A program made the translations under genes and the position numbers. Positions 9,750-19,513 of a stretch of DNA of 64,000 bases are shown in pieces. Each line of letters opens with the position of its first letter. Positions within the stretch are counted from its first letter, which is position 1. Under the pieces are notes generated by a model. That model made no database searches and was not told the DNA's origin. It saw only the letters and a list, made by a program, of their open reading frames with translations. Source of the DNA: Chloroflexota bacterium (GTDB lineage: Bacteria; Chloroflexota; Dehalococcoidia; DSTF01; JACRBR01); the NCBI GenBank assembly GCA_031400455.1, contig JANNPX010000010.1, positions 32,054 through 96,053 on the forward strand, in the 5' to 3' direction.

Positions 9750-11287
9750 CGGGTAGGCATCGCGCAGACACCGTCGTTGTCGTCGAGAACGGCGCCGCAC
9801 CGGCCGTTGCTGTTGATGGCACGGATGAGGCGTTCGGCGACGCGTTTACGCGCCTGGCCGACTCCGTCGTCGCGGTGCCCCCGAGCCGCAACGGCGCGCT
9901 TCCCATCGAAACCTGGAGCGAAGGCCCGGCGCGAGCCGAGATCGAAGAACTCGATGTCGAGAAAGAGCCCGTACCGCTCGAGGAACAGGACGGGCTCGAC
10001 GATCCGGTCCGCATGTACCTGCGCGAGATCGGCAAGGTGCATCTGCTGTCCGGCTCCGACGAGCGCAGAATCGCGCGACAGATGGAAGAAGCAAAGCACC
10101 TGGCGGCGACCGACAAGCACTGGCTTGAACTGCACGGCCGCCTGCCCACGGGACAGGAGACGGTGCTCACCCTCATCGAGCAGTACGGCGACGTGCAGAA
10201 GTGCGCGAAGTTCATCGGCAAGGACATCGGCATCAAGGCGTCGCTGATCTCCGACGTGATCGTCAGCCAAGAGTGGCGCTCGACGGTCGACGCGGAGATG
10301 GACTTCAGTCTCGCAACTCGGCTTGCGGAGCATCTGCACATCGAGCAGGCCGAGGCGGAGCAGGCGATCGTGCGGCTCTCGATCATCACGCACATCCTGC
10401 AAGAGCAGCACGTGAAGGCGGTGGCGGAACGCTACGGCGGCGAGAAGTCGCTGTTGCCGCCGCCATGGGAGCGAGTGAACGGCGCGTGCCCGGAAGAGGA
10501 AGATCTCTGCGACTATTTCAGCGCGTTAAAGCGCGAGGGTTTCAAGGCGGAGAAGCAACTGACCGAGGCGAATCTGCGGCTGGTTGTGAGCGTCGCGAAG
10601 AAATACATCGGGCGCGGCATGTCGCTGCTGGACCTGATCCAGGAAGGCAACATCGGACTGATCCGCGCCGTCGAGAAGTTCGACTATCGCAAGGGGTTCA
10701 AGTTCAGCACCTACGCGACGTGGTGGATCCGGCAGGCGATTACGCGCTCAATTGCCGACCAGGCACGGACCATCCGCATTCCGGTACACATGGTCGAGAC
10801 GATCAACAAGCTCGTGCGCGTATCGCGCCGGCTTGTGCAGGAGTACGGGCGCGAGCCGACGAGCGAAGAGATCGCGCGCGGTATGACGGACCCGCTACAG
10901 GGGCCGCCGGTGACGCCGGAGAAGGTGCGCGAGATCATCAAAGTGTCGCAGGAGCCGGTGTCGCTTGAGACGCCGATCGGCGAAGAAGACGAAAGCCACC
11001 TCGGCGACTTCCTCCCGGACGATTCGGCGCTGGCGCCAGCCGACGCTGCATCGCATCAACTGCTCAAGGAGCAGGTGATGGACGTGCTGAACAGCCTCAC
11101 CTCGCGCGAGCGGAAGGTGCTGGAACTGCGGTTCGGGCTGGAAGACGGGCGGAGCCGGACGCTGGAGGAAGTGGGCCGCGAGTTTCAGGTGACACGCGAG
11201 CGGATCCGGCAGATTGAGGCGAAGGCGCTGCGCAAGTTGCGGCACCCGTCGCGCAGCAAGAAGCTCAAGGACTATCTGGACTACTAG
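9746..11287 (+). CDS. rpoD: primary RNA polymerase sigma factor (sigma-70, RpoD/SigA)
   Basis: Regions 1.2-4.2 conserved ([38 protein letters not shown]; [14 protein letters not shown]; ...[17 protein letters not shown]). Start overlaps the dnaG stop (ATGA). Confidence 0.9.
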   Translation: MTGRHRADTVVVVENGAAPAVAVDGTDEAFGDAFTRLADSVVAVPPSRNGALPIETWSEGPARAEIEELDVEKEPVPLEEQDGLDDPVRMYLREIGKVHLLSGSDERRIARQMEEAKHLAATDKHWLELHGRLPTGQETVLTLIEQYGDVQKCAKFIGKDIGIKASLISDVIVSQEWRSTVDAEMDFSLATRLAEHLHIEQAEAEQAIVRLSIITHILQEQHVKAVAERYGGEKSLLPPPWERVNGACPEEEDLCDYFSALKREGFKAEKQLTEANLRLVVSVAKKYIGRGMSLLDLIQEGNIGLIRAVEKFDYRKGFKFSTYATWWIRQAITRSIADQARTIRIPVHMVETINKLVRVSRRLVQEYGREPTSEEIARGMTDPLQGPPVTPEKVREIIKVSQEPVSLETPIGEEDESHLGDFLPDDSALAPADAASHQLLKEQVMDVLNSLTSRERKVLELRFGLEDGRSRTLEEVGREFQVTRERIRQIEAKALRKLRHPSRSKKLKDYLDY

Positions 11288-11312
11288 GCGGGCGGGTGGC
11301 CCTAACCCCCGG

Positions 11313-11335
11313 CCCCTTCCCCGAGTGGGAAGGGG
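11313..11335 (+). terminator. GC-rich hairpin after rpoD (CCCCTTCCCC-gagt-GGGAAGGGG)
   Basis: Perfect 9-10 bp stem immediately 3' of rpoD. No clear T-tract. Confidence 0.35.
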
Positions 11336-11436
11336 AGCCTAGTACGGGTGCCGATCTGGCGGGCGGTGTAGATTCTTCGCTTCGCTCTGAATGACACGCT
11401 GGCTTGCTACGATGGACTGAGTGAGGAGGCAGGCTG

Positions 11437-11667
11437 ATGCCGCTGTACGAGTACTACTGTCCGAAATGCGCGTCGAAGTACGAGCTGTTGCGGCCGATGG
11501 GGCGCAGCGATGAGGCGGGCACGTGCCCCAAGGGGCATGGCGGCGGCGCGCGCACGCTGTCGATGTTCGCTGCTGTGGCGAAAGGCGAGGGCTCGGTCGG
11601 CATGATGGATGCGCCGGCGGGTGGCGGTGGTTGCTGCGGTGGCGGTGGGTGCGCCTGTGGGAACTGA
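11437..11667 (+). CDS. FmdB-family zinc-ribbon protein
   Basis: MPLYEYYCPKC..(18)..CPKGHG; Gly/Cys-rich C-terminus. RBS GAGGAGG upstream. Confidence 0.7.
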   Translation: MPLYEYYCPKCASKYELLRPMGRSDEAGTCPKGHGGGARTLSMFAAVAKGEGSVGMMDAPAGGGGCCGGGGCACGN

Positions 11668-11741
11668 TCGCGCGTAGTCTGTAGTCTTGTCTTGCACACA
11701 CCAGGGGCGCACAGCCGTGCGCCTCTACCCATGCCCTCTAT

Positions 11742-14426
11742 CTAACACCGCGTATAGCCGCAGTTGCGGCACGTCATGCAGCCTTCTGAGTAGACGAGGA
11801 TGGCGCCGCAGTCGGGGCAGCCGATGCCCGTGCTGGTAGCAGCCGCTGGCGGGTGCGCCGATGCCAGCGCGGCGCGCGGTGTAGTCGTGGTGATCGCAGC
11901 GGCGGCCTGCTTCTTGGCGCGGCCGCGGTGCTTCGCTGCCGGCGGTTCTTCGATCACTGTCCCGAGGAAGCGCAGCTCCATCCAGCGGAAGATGTAGTCG
12001 ACCAGCGACGACGCCGTCGGGATGGCGGGATTGCCGGTGAGGCCCGCCGGCTCGAAGTGGACGCCGCGGAACTTCGAGCTGAGGTTCTGTAGCGGCACGC
12101 CGTACTGCAGGGCGACGGACGTCAGTACCGCAACGGAGTCCATGAGGCCGCGGATGGTCGAGCCTTCCTTCGAAATGTTGACGAAGATCTCGCCCGGCGT
12201 GCCTTCGTCGTAGAGGCCGACCGTCAGATAGCCCTCCTGCTCGCCCACGCGGAACTTGTGCGTGATGGATTGCCGCTCGTCGGGGAGGTGACGGCGATAC
12301 GGCGCGCCCGCGGGCCGGGGCGCCGTCGATGCGAGCGGCACGGGGTGCGTGGCTGATGCGATCAGTTCGGTGACGCCGAGCGCGATCTCGGCCGCGACGG
12401 CTTCTGCCTGCTCGGGCCCGCGTGCGGTGGCGTGCGAGAGCACCTGGTGATCGCGCGAGCCGTCGCGGTACACCGTGATGCCCTTGCAGCCTTCGCGGTA
12501 CGCCAGCATGTACGCGTTCTCGACATCGGCGATCGTGGCGTCGTTGCGGAAGTTGATCGTCTTGCTGACCGCGTTGTCGGTGTGGCGCTGGAATGCGGCC
12601 TGCATGCGCACGTGCCATTCGGGGGCGATGTCGTGCGACGTGCGGAAGACGTCTTTCGCCCACGCCGGCACGTCGGCGCGCTCGGCGAGTGGCCCGCCTT
12701 CGGCGAGATACGCGACGAGCTGGTCGCTGTAGAAGCCTTCACTCTCGGCCATGGCGCGGAAGGTGCGGTTGACCTCGGGCAGCTGTGTCGCCTTCGACGG
12801 ATCCTTGCGGTCCAGATAGTGCTGACGCATGAACGCGAGCGCGAAGGCGGGTTCGATGCCGCCGGAGCAGTCGGCGATGATGCTGAGCGTGCCGGTGGGC
12901 GCAACCGTCGTGCGCGTCGAGTTCCGGTAGCGCGGGCCGCCGCGGTTGTCGCCGGACGCCGGGTCGTAGATGGAACCGTGCCATGCGGGGAACACGCCGC
13001 GTTCGTTGGCCAGCTCGATGGATGCGCGATCGGCGCGGTCCTGGATGAATGACATCACGCGAGCGGCCAGCTCTATCGCTTCATCGGAGTCGTAGCGGAT
13101 TCGCAGAGCGAAGAGCAGGTCGGCCCATCCCATGACGCCGAGCCCGATCTTGCGCGTCTGCTTCGTCATCTCATCGATCTGCGTGATGGGGTAGCGGTTC
13201 TGCTCGATGACGTCATCGAGGAAGCGCACGCAGATCGGGATCGCCTCGGCCAGCGCATCCCAGTTGAGCGCCGGTGTCGGCGTTGACGCGCGCTTACCGT
13301 TGCGGGCGCGCGGTGTCGGCGCTGGTTCCGCCGTCACGAACCGGGCGAGATTGATCGAGCCGAGGTTGCAGGATTCGTACGGGAGGAGCGGCTGCTCGCC
13401 ACACGGATTTGTCGCTTCGATGCGGCCTAGCTGCGGCGTGGGGTTGTCGCGGTTGATGCGGTCGAGGAAGACGAGGCCGGGATCGCCGTTCTTCCAGGCG
13501 TTCTCGACGAGCTGACGGAAGATGGTGCGTGCATCGGCCTGGCGGACAACCTTGTGCGTGCGCGGGTTGATGAGGTCATACGATTCGCCGCGTTCGACCG
13601 CTGCCATGAACCGCTCGGTGACGGCCACGCTGATGTTGAAGTTCTGCAGGGCCGTCATGTCGGATTTAACGTTGATGAACGATTCGATATCGGGATGGTC
13701 GACGCTGAGCATCGCCATGTTGGCGCCGCGGCGCGTGCCGCCCTGCTTGATCGATTCGGTGGCGGCGTCATAGACGCGCATGAACGAGACGGGACCGCTG
13801 GCGGTACCGCCGGTCGACGCGACGATATCGCCGGCCGGGCGCAGGCGGCTGAATGCGAAGCCGGTGCCGCCGCCGCTCTGGTGGATGAGCGCGGTGTCCT
13901 TGAGGGACTCAAAGATCGCTTCCATCGAGTCCTCGACGGGGAGGACGAAGCACGCGGAGAGCTGCTGCATCGCGCGGCCGGCATTGCCGAGCGTCGGCGA
14001 GTTGGGCAGGAAGCGCAGCGAGGTCATCAGGTCGTAGAAGCGCGCTTCGTAGGCGGCGACCGTCGCGTCGGTTTGCGGTGGCGGCACGAACTTCGCCTCG
14101 GCGAGGGCGATGTTGTGAGCGACGCGGCGGAAGAGCTGCTCTGGCGTCTCGGCGAGCTTGCCGCGCGCGTCCTTCGCGAGATAGCGGCGCTCGAGCACGA
14201 TTCGGCCGTTGTCGGACAGCGCGGTCGTGGATGCGGACGGCCGTCTTCTCGAGGAGCCCGCCCTGGCCGCTGGCGCTTTGGCTGGCGTCGCCTTGGCCGC
14301 GGATGTGCGGGTTGGCGTGGGCGGCTGCGTGCGCGCGACACCGTGGCCGGAGCGGGCGTTCTTCGACCCGGACGTGCTGAGCCAAGCGGGGGGGCGGGGG
14401 CGATCGCCTTCAGCCATGGCCCCCAT
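11742..14426 (-). CDS. nrdJ: ribonucleotide reductase, class II (adenosylcobalamin-dependent) NrdJ
   Basis: ~890 aa. Conserved RNR catalytic motifs (SNPCGE, VSFMRVYD) and a C-terminal CxxC...CxxC zinc ribbon. The start could be the second ATG, MAEGD, about 9 nt in. Confidence 0.9.
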   Translation of the reverse strand: MGAMAEGDRPRPPAWLSTSGSKNARSGHGVARTQPPTPTRTSAAKATPAKAPAARAGSSRRRPSASTTALSDNGRIVLERRYLAKDARGKLAETPEQLFRRVAHNIALAEAKFVPPPQTDATVAAYEARFYDLMTSLRFLPNSPTLGNAGRAMQQLSACFVLPVEDSMEAIFESLKDTALIHQSGGGTGFAFSRLRPAGDIVASTGGTASGPVSFMRVYDAATESIKQGGTRRGANMAMLSVDHPDIESFINVKSDMTALQNFNISVAVTERFMAAVERGESYDLINPRTHKVVRQADARTIFRQLVENAWKNGDPGLVFLDRINRDNPTPQLGRIEATNPCGEQPLLPYESCNLGSINLARFVTAEPAPTPRARNGKRASTPTPALNWDALAEAIPICVRFLDDVIEQNRYPITQIDEMTKQTRKIGLGVMGWADLLFALRIRYDSDEAIELAARVMSFIQDRADRASIELANERGVFPAWHGSIYDPASGDNRGGPRYRNSTRTTVAPTGTLSIIADCSGGIEPAFALAFMRQHYLDRKDPSKATQLPEVNRTFRAMAESEGFYSDQLVAYLAEGGPLAERADVPAWAKDVFRTSHDIAPEWHVRMQAAFQRHTDNAVSKTINFRNDATIADVENAYMLAYREGCKGITVYRDGSRDHQVLSHATARGPEQAEAVAAEIALGVTELIASATHPVPLASTAPRPAGAPYRRHLPDERQSITHKFRVGEQEGYLTVGLYDEGTPGEIFVNISKEGSTIRGLMDSVAVLTSVALQYGVPLQNLSSKFRGVHFEPAGLTGNPAIPTASSLVDYIFRWMELRFLGTVIEEPPAAKHRGRAKKQAAAAITTTTPRAALASAHPPAAATSTGIGCPDCGAILVYSEGCMTCRNCGYTRC

Positions 14427-14590
14427 TGTACCAGATTAGAACGTTTGTGCGGCGGGGCTCCGCACGATTTCTGCTGGGCTCCGTAACGCCCGTCAAGTTG
14501 CCCCGTTGTTGGTCTTGACAGGACAGAAAGAAAACGGTGTCGGGCGTCAAGACTGGCGGGCCGGGGCCAGGATGGAAGAGGAGCACGAGG

Positions 14591-15940
14591 ATGTTGGACC
14601 CCCGCCGATTCGGAATGAACTTTAGCCGTGTGCTACCGGCGTTTGGGCTGGCAGGCGTCATGGTTGCCGCGCTCTTCACGCTCGTCGTGGGCACTGCGTC
14701 CGCGCACAACATCGCCGCAACCGTCACCTCCAACTGCAACGGCTGGACGTACTCGGCGCGCTACGAGAACGGCGGGTCGAGCGGCAGCAGCAACAACCGG
14801 CTCGTGATCGTGGACGTGAGCATCGGCGGGAACGTGATCAAGGAGTACCACTACTTCGACACGCTGACCACGCACCCGGCGGCGCCCGCCGGCTTCACGG
14901 TGACCGACCACGCTGTCACGAACACCTTCACGCTCCTTTCGCTCTCCGGCTCGACGTTCCCGGCGGCGACGAGTGGCAGTATCAAGGTCTACGACGGCGG
15001 ATCGACCTCGAGCCCGAGCAGCGACCCGGCGTACGACCGCTTGCTGACTTCGTACTCGCTCGTCCCGATTCCGAGCATCAGCAATCCGAAGCACTGCACG
15101 ACGCCGACGAGTACACCAGTCCCGTCGTCGACGGCAGGTGTCACGCAGACGCCGGCACACACTGTGACGACGACGCCGAGCGTCGTTCCTTCGTCCACGA
15201 ACACACCGACGGAGACTCCGACCAACACGCCAACCGAGACGCCGACCGACGTCCCGACGGAGACGCCGACCAACACGCCGACCGAGACTCCGACCGAGAC
15301 ACCGACGGAAACGCCGACGGAAACGCCGACGAACACACCGACCGAAACGCCGACGGAGACGCCGACGGAGACCCCGACGAACACGCCGACCGAAACGCCC
15401 ACGGACACGCCGACCGAGACAGCGACGGCGGAACCGACGCGGACGAAGACGGCCGTGCCGACGGCCAGCAGCACGCCCGAGCCGTCCGCCACAAACACGC
15501 CGGAACCGACGAACACGCCCGTGACCGAGACGGCCACCCCGGAAGTGACGGTGACGAAGACGGCCGTACCGACCGTGACCCGCACAGTCGAGCCGTCCGT
15601 GACCAGCACGAGCACGCCGGTTGCGACGAGCACGACTACGCCGCCGGCCACGAGCACGAGCACGACGACGCCGCCGGCCACGAGCACGCCGCCAGCCACG
15701 CGCACCAGCACGAAGACGCCCGTCGCGACGAGCACGTCCATCCCGCCGTCCTCGACACCCACGGAGGCAAGCAACGTGCTGGGTGTCCAGACATCACCGG
15801 AACTGCCTTCGGCTCTGCCCGACGCGGGGTACGGAACCGTCCAGAGCACGTCCGGGCGGCTGATGCTGGGGCTCATGTTCTTCATCGGAGTGACCGCGCT
15901 GCTGGTTGTCGCAGCGAAGCTTCGACGGGACCTCGAGTAG
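14591..15940 (+). CDS. secreted Pro/Thr-repeat surface protein with C-terminal LPDAG-TM-basic sorting-like signal
   Basis: ORF 14537..15940. The internal Met at 14591 has a GGAAGAGGA RBS. Signal peptide with RR. (TPTETPTN)n repeats. C-terminus [11 protein letters not shown]...hydrophobic...AAKLRRDLE. Confidence 0.6.
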   Translation: MLDPRRFGMNFSRVLPAFGLAGVMVAALFTLVVGTASAHNIAATVTSNCNGWTYSARYENGGSSGSSNNRLVIVDVSIGGNVIKEYHYFDTLTTHPAAPAGFTVTDHAVTNTFTLLSLSGSTFPAATSGSIKVYDGGSTSSPSSDPAYDRLLTSYSLVPIPSISNPKHCTTPTSTPVPSSTAGVTQTPAHTVTTTPSVVPSSTNTPTETPTNTPTETPTDVPTETPTNTPTETPTETPTETPTETPTNTPTETPTETPTETPTNTPTETPTDTPTETATAEPTRTKTAVPTASSTPEPSATNTPEPTNTPVTETATPEVTVTKTAVPTVTRTVEPSVTSTSTPVATSTTTPPATSTSTTTPPATSTPPATRTSTKTPVATSTSIPPSSTPTEASNVLGVQTSPELPSALPDAGYGTVQSTSGRLMLGLMFFIGVTALLVVAAKLRRDLE

Positions 15941-16082
15941 CCTCGAAACAAGCGCTGAACCCCAGGACGCCGCCGGATTTCCACCCGGCGGCGTCTTTAC
16001 GTCCGGCGTGATCGTAAGCGGCGGATCGCGCAGGATGAGGGTCGAATCCGACAACCCATATCTAGTCGAGAGGACGTCTACG

Positions 16083-16385
16083 ATGATCGCGGTGATCGCC
16101 AAGCTGACCGTGCAAGAAGGTAAGGAAGACGAGTTCAAGGCGGCGGGCGCCGAGATGATCGCCGCCGTGAAGGCGAACGAGCAGGGGCGCACCCTTCAGT
16201 ACTCGCTGACGCAGAACAAGAAGGCCTCGACAGAGTTCTTCTTCATCGAAGCGTATGCCGATGACGAAGCGATGGCGGAGCACGGCAAGACGCCGCACAT
16301 GGCTGCCTTCGGCGGAAAGATCGGCGCGCTGCTGGCGGGCCGCCCGGAGATCACGCGGCTGGACCCGATCGCGTCGATGAGCTAG
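16083..16385 (+). CDS. antibiotic biosynthesis monooxygenase (ABM) domain protein
   Basis: ORF 15906..16385. The internal Met at 16083 has a GAGAGGA RBS and gives a 101-aa ABM-fold protein (MIAVIAKLTVQEGKEDEF...). Confidence 0.6.
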   Translation: MIAVIAKLTVQEGKEDEFKAAGAEMIAAVKANEQGRTLQYSLTQNKKASTEFFFIEAYADDEAMAEHGKTPHMAAFGGKIGALLAGRPEITRLDPIASMS

Positions 16386-16408
16386 CGGACTGGAGATTGG
16401 TGACTGGG

Positions 16409-16432
16409 CGACGCGGGCTGAAGCCCGCGCTC
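16409..16432. repeat. REP-like palindromic element, copy 1 (GACGCGGGCTGAAGCCCGCGC)
   Basis: Perfect palindrome GCGGGC-TGAA-GCCCGC between convergent genes. This is one of 5 near-identical copies in the window. Confidence 0.6.
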
Positions 16433-16509
16433 CGGTATATCGCCTGCCGCAGTATATCGCCCGCTATCAGTGAGTCGCCTCGTGACGAGCAGCGGGACGA
16501 GCAACGCCT

Positions 16510-17202
16510 CTAGTGGTGGACGTAGACGGGCATGCCGACTTCGGCGAATGCGTACACCATGTCGGGCGCACCGGTGCGGATGCAGCCGTTGCTGATGCGG
16601 CCGGTTCCGGGATCGACGACGTTGCCAGCGGCGTCCTTCAGGAATGAGTGGAAGCCATTCGCCTTGTCGGGGTCGAAGCCGACCCAGTGGCTGATGTACG
16701 TGTCGTAGGGCGCGTCGTACACGAGGTCTTCGACCTTGTTGTGTACGTAAAACAACCCTGTCTGCGTCGACGCGTATTCGCCCGTGTCGACCTGTATGCC
16801 GACGCCGACGGGCGCGATCTCCTGTGTGACGGACGTGCCTTCCATGAGACGGACGGCGAACGTCGTGACGTCCACATCGATCCAGCGCCCCTCGCTGGGC
16901 GCGACGCTCCCGTCCGGCGTCAGCGGCGCCACCGCCGTTTCCACCCCGGCGGGTTCGTCGGTGGGCTCCGGTGCGCGTTCCTCTGCTGCGGTGCTGACCG
17001 CCTCCGGCGCGATAGTTCCCGTCGCCGGCGGCGCCTCCGGCTTGCCGCCGGTGCGGATAACGGCCGTGCTCGATGCAGCCGGCTCGATCGTGACACCGCC
17101 CTTCGCACCGGCATCGGATCCGGAGCCACATGCGGTGGCGGCGATCGCGAGGGCGAGCGTGCAGACGGCGATACATGTCATCACGGCGAAACGTGGCATC
17201 AA
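16510..17202 (-). CDS. L,D-transpeptidase (YkuD domain) lipoprotein
   Basis: Lipoprotein signal (LALAIAATAC). Low-complexity linker. C-terminal YkuD catalytic motif HWVGFD...SNGCIR. Its start overlaps the znuB stop (ATGA), implying translational coupling. Confidence 0.8.
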   Translation of the reverse strand: MMPRFAVMTCIAVCTLALAIAATACGSGSDAGAKGGVTIEPAASSTAVIRTGGKPEAPPATGTIAPEAVSTAAEERAPEPTDEPAGVETAVAPLTPDGSVAPSEGRWIDVDVTTFAVRLMEGTSVTQEIAPVGVGIQVDTGEYASTQTGLFYVHNKVEDLVYDAPYDTYISHWVGFDPDKANGFHSFLKDAAGNVVDPGTGRISNGCIRTGAPDMVYAFAEVGMPVYVHH

Positions 17203-18122
17203 GTCGTGTGCGGGGCGCGGATCTCGGGCGATGCGAGGATGATCTCCGCTTCAGCCTCCGGCTCTGCCTGTAGCAGTTGCCGGCTGCGACGCGCCAGGCT
17301 CACGGGAATGATGCCATGCCGTGGCGCGAGCAGCCACGCGGCGAAGAACATTGCCGTGGCGGTCAGCACGATGACACCCCCCGCAGAAGTGTCGAGATGG
17401 TAGCCGATGAAGATACCGGCGACGCCGGCGAGCGCGCCGAGCGCCGAGGCGAGCGCGGCTGTTGGGACGAGGCGATCGGTGAAGAGCCGGGCGGTGGCAG
17501 CGGGCGTGATTAGCAGCGAGATCACGAGAATGTTGCCTACGGCTTTGAACGACACGACCACCGTCAGCGCGGTGAGTGCGAGCAGCAAGATGTCGAGCGC
17601 GACGACCGGCAGGCCCATGGCGCGCGCACCGGACGGGTCGAACGACGCCATCACGAGCAGGCGGCGCAAGATGATGACGGTGGCGACGACGGCTGCACCG
17701 ACGGCGACGGTTAGCAGCACATCGCCTGTGTGCGCGCTGAGGGGATCGCCGAAGAGGATGCCTTCGAGTTCGTCGGCGTTGACCTCGTGATTGGTCAGGA
17801 TGATGACGCCGAGCGCGAACGCCGCGGTGAAGATGACGCCGATCGATGTGTTATCGCGGACGCGCTGGTTGGCGGTGAGGACGCCCATGAGCGCGGCGGT
17901 GGCGAGTCCGGCGACGAGCGCGCCGACGAGCAGGTTGCCACCGGCGAGGAAGGCGATGACGACGCCGGGAAAGATCGCGTGAGCGATCGCGTCACCGAGA
18001 AATCCGAGGCCACGCAGCACGATGAACGTGCCGACTACACCGGCGATGATGGCGACGGCCGTGACGTCGATGAGGCCGCGCAGGAACGCCGCGTCGCTCA
18101 GTGGGTCAGTGATGATGTTCAT
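17199..18122 (-). CDS. znuB: metal (Zn/Mn) ABC transporter permease, ABC-3 family (ZnuB-like)
   Basis: 8-9 TM helices; ABC-3 family signature. Follows the ATPase gene. Confidence 0.8.
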   Translation of the reverse strand: MNIITDPLSDAAFLRGLIDVTAVAIIAGVVGTFIVLRGLGFLGDAIAHAIFPGVVIAFLAGGNLLVGALVAGLATAALMGVLTANQRVRDNTSIGVIFTAAFALGVIILTNHEVNADELEGILFGDPLSAHTGDVLLTVAVGAAVVATVIILRRLLVMASFDPSGARAMGLPVVALDILLLALTALTVVVSFKAVGNILVISLLITPAATARLFTDRLVPTAALASALGALAGVAGIFIGYHLDTSAGGVIVLTATAMFFAAWLLAPRHGIIPVSLARRSRQLLQAEPEAEAEIILASPEIRAPHTT

Positions 18123-18831
18123 GGTGCTCCCCGCCTTCCATGGCGTGATGCTCGAAGTGCTCAGCGGCGATGGGATCGACGCGGCGGCGCAAGACGATCA
18201 TCGACCCGCCGTGGATATCGGTGTGCGTGGCCTGCAGTACCACCTTGCCTTCGGCGCGCCACTCCTCGAACAGTTCGAGGATGCGGTCGTGGGTGGTTGC
18301 GTCGATGCCGGTCATCGGTTCGTCCAGCAGGATGACGTCGGACTCCTGCGCGATGGCGCGCGCGATGAAGGTGCGGCGCTGCTGGCCGCCGGACAGCTCG
18401 CGGATCTGGCGGCGAGCGAGATCGGCGATGCCGAGGCGCTCCATGGCGTGCAGTGCGACGTGATGGTCTTCCGCGGATGACGGGCGCAGCCACCCGGAGC
18501 GCGGGTAGCGGCCCATCATGACGACATCGCGGACGGACACCGGGAACTCCCAGTCGACATCCTCGCGTTGTGGCACGTACGCGACATGGCGGCGCATGCG
18601 GTCGATTGGCTGATCGAAGAGCGTGATCTCGCCGGCTGCGACGGGAATGAGCCCGGCGATCGCCTTCAGCAGCGTGCTCTTGCCCGAGCCGTTGGGTCCG
18701 ATGATGCTCACGACCTGGCTGCGCGGGATATCGGCATCGACGTGGCTCAGCACCACGCGGCTGCCGTAGGCGATCGTGATATCGCGCAGCACGAGGCAAC
18801 TCGCGTGGAGCGCCTCGTTGCCGGCGGGCAT
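18106..18831 (-). CDS. znuC: metal ABC transporter ATP-binding protein (ZnuC-like) with His-rich C-terminal tail
   Basis: ORF 18106..19071. The internal Met at 18831 gives Walker A GPNGSGKST, LSGGQQQR and Walker B ILLDEP. C-terminal EHFEHHAMEGGEHHEHHH. Confidence 0.8.
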   Translation of the reverse strand: MPAGNEALHASCLVLRDITIAYGSRVVLSHVDADIPRSQVVSIIGPNGSGKSTLLKAIAGLIPVAAGEITLFDQPIDRMRRHVAYVPQREDVDWEFPVSVRDVVMMGRYPRSGWLRPSSAEDHHVALHAMERLGIADLARRQIRELSGGQQRRTFIARAIAQESDVILLDEPMTGIDATTHDRILELFEEWRAEGKVVLQATHTDIHGGSMIVLRRRVDPIAAEHFEHHAMEGGEHHEHHH

Positions 18832-18847
18832 CGTACTGCGAGCGAGC

Positions 18848-19285
18848 TCAGCCAACCGCGGCCACCTTCCGCTTGAGCAGGCGGCAAGCCTGGCAGCGGC
18901 CGTAGACCTCCAGCCAGTGGCGCTCGATCTCGTAGCCGGTCGCCTTCGCGAGATCCTGTGTGAGCGACTGGACATCGCACTGGCTGAAATCTTCGACGCG
19001 GCCGCAATCGATACAGACGAGGTGGTGGTGGTGGCCGCGCGTGCTGACGCGATAGTGCATGGCGCCGTCATCGAGGATGACGCGGCAGACGATGTTCAGG
19101 TCGAGCAGGATCTTCATAGTGCGGAAGACCGTCGCGCGGCCCACCTTGCGCGTGACATGCAGCACGTCATCGACGGAGAAGTGCGCCGGCTGCGCCAGCA
19201 CCGCATCGAGCACGCGGCGGCGGCTGGCGGTGATGCGGTGTCCGCGCAGTTCGAGGCGTTCGATGATGAGGTCGATGTCGGACAT
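18848..19285 (-). CDS. zur: Fur-family metalloregulator (Zur-like)
   Basis: ORF 18848..19378, with an internal Met at 19285. Fur fold with HHHLVCxxC...C..C metal sites. Lies directly upstream of znuCB. Confidence 0.8.
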   Translation of the reverse strand: MSDIDLIIERLELRGHRITASRRRVLDAVLAQPAHFSVDDVLHVTRKVGRATVFRTMKILLDLNIVCRVILDDGAMHYRVSTRGHHHHLVCIDCGRVEDFSQCDVQSLTQDLAKATGYEIERHWLEVYGRCQACRLLKRKVAAVG

Positions 19286-19326
19286 GGTTCCTCGCGCTCG
19301 GTATTGATATCGAGTCTCAAGATAGA

Positions 19327-19341
19327 TGAGACGTCGTCTCA
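19327..19341. promoter_or_regulatory. candidate operator: 7-1-7 palindrome TGAGACG-T-CGTCTCA upstream of zur
   Basis: Perfect inverted repeat about 45-55 nt upstream of the zur start, in a Fur-box-like 7-1-7 arrangement. Adjacent GAGTCTC half-site-like motif at about 19312-19318. Confidence 0.35.
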
Positions 19342-19366
19342 GCACAAGTCGTTCGCGGGTGGAAAC

Positions 19367-19393
19367 CACGAAGGGCACGAAGGGGCACGAAAG
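19367..19393 (+). repeat. CACGAAGG tandem direct repeats (x3)
   Basis: cacgaaggg-cacgaagggg-cacgaaag. Related copies at about 20389-20414, 47681-47706 and 47800-47826 (the last inverted). Confidence 0.55.
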
Positions 19394-19513
19394 ATGACGG
19401 GAGTGCGGTGGCTGGTTGGCACCTGGGTTTGGGGAGTTTGCCGGGATGTGGGCGTTCTACGGAACGCCCCTACGCGGGATTCCGTGCCCGTGCGCAATCG
19501 ATTCGGTGCGAAA

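Noticed and set aside
9460-10395. 311-aa and 234-aa minus-strand ORFs over the dnaG 3' end / rpoD 5' region
   Set aside because: They overlap well-supported dnaG and rpoD coding sequence and have low-complexity, Arg/Ser-rich translations. These are high-GC artefacts.
11339-11732. Three minus-strand ORFs (92-120 aa) overlapping the FmdB gene
   Set aside because: They overlap the FmdB zinc-ribbon gene, which has a strong RBS and conserved CxxC motifs, and the Gly-rich region is GC-artefact-prone.
12432-13052. Multiple plus-strand ORFs inside nrdJ
   Set aside because: They are antisense to the conserved nrdJ reading frame, with no RBS or domain signal.
14427-14536. Cobalamin riboswitch upstream of nrdJ
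   Set aside because: The intergenic region is only about 110 nt and lacks the B12-box and conserved riboswitch core. It contains inverted repeats instead.
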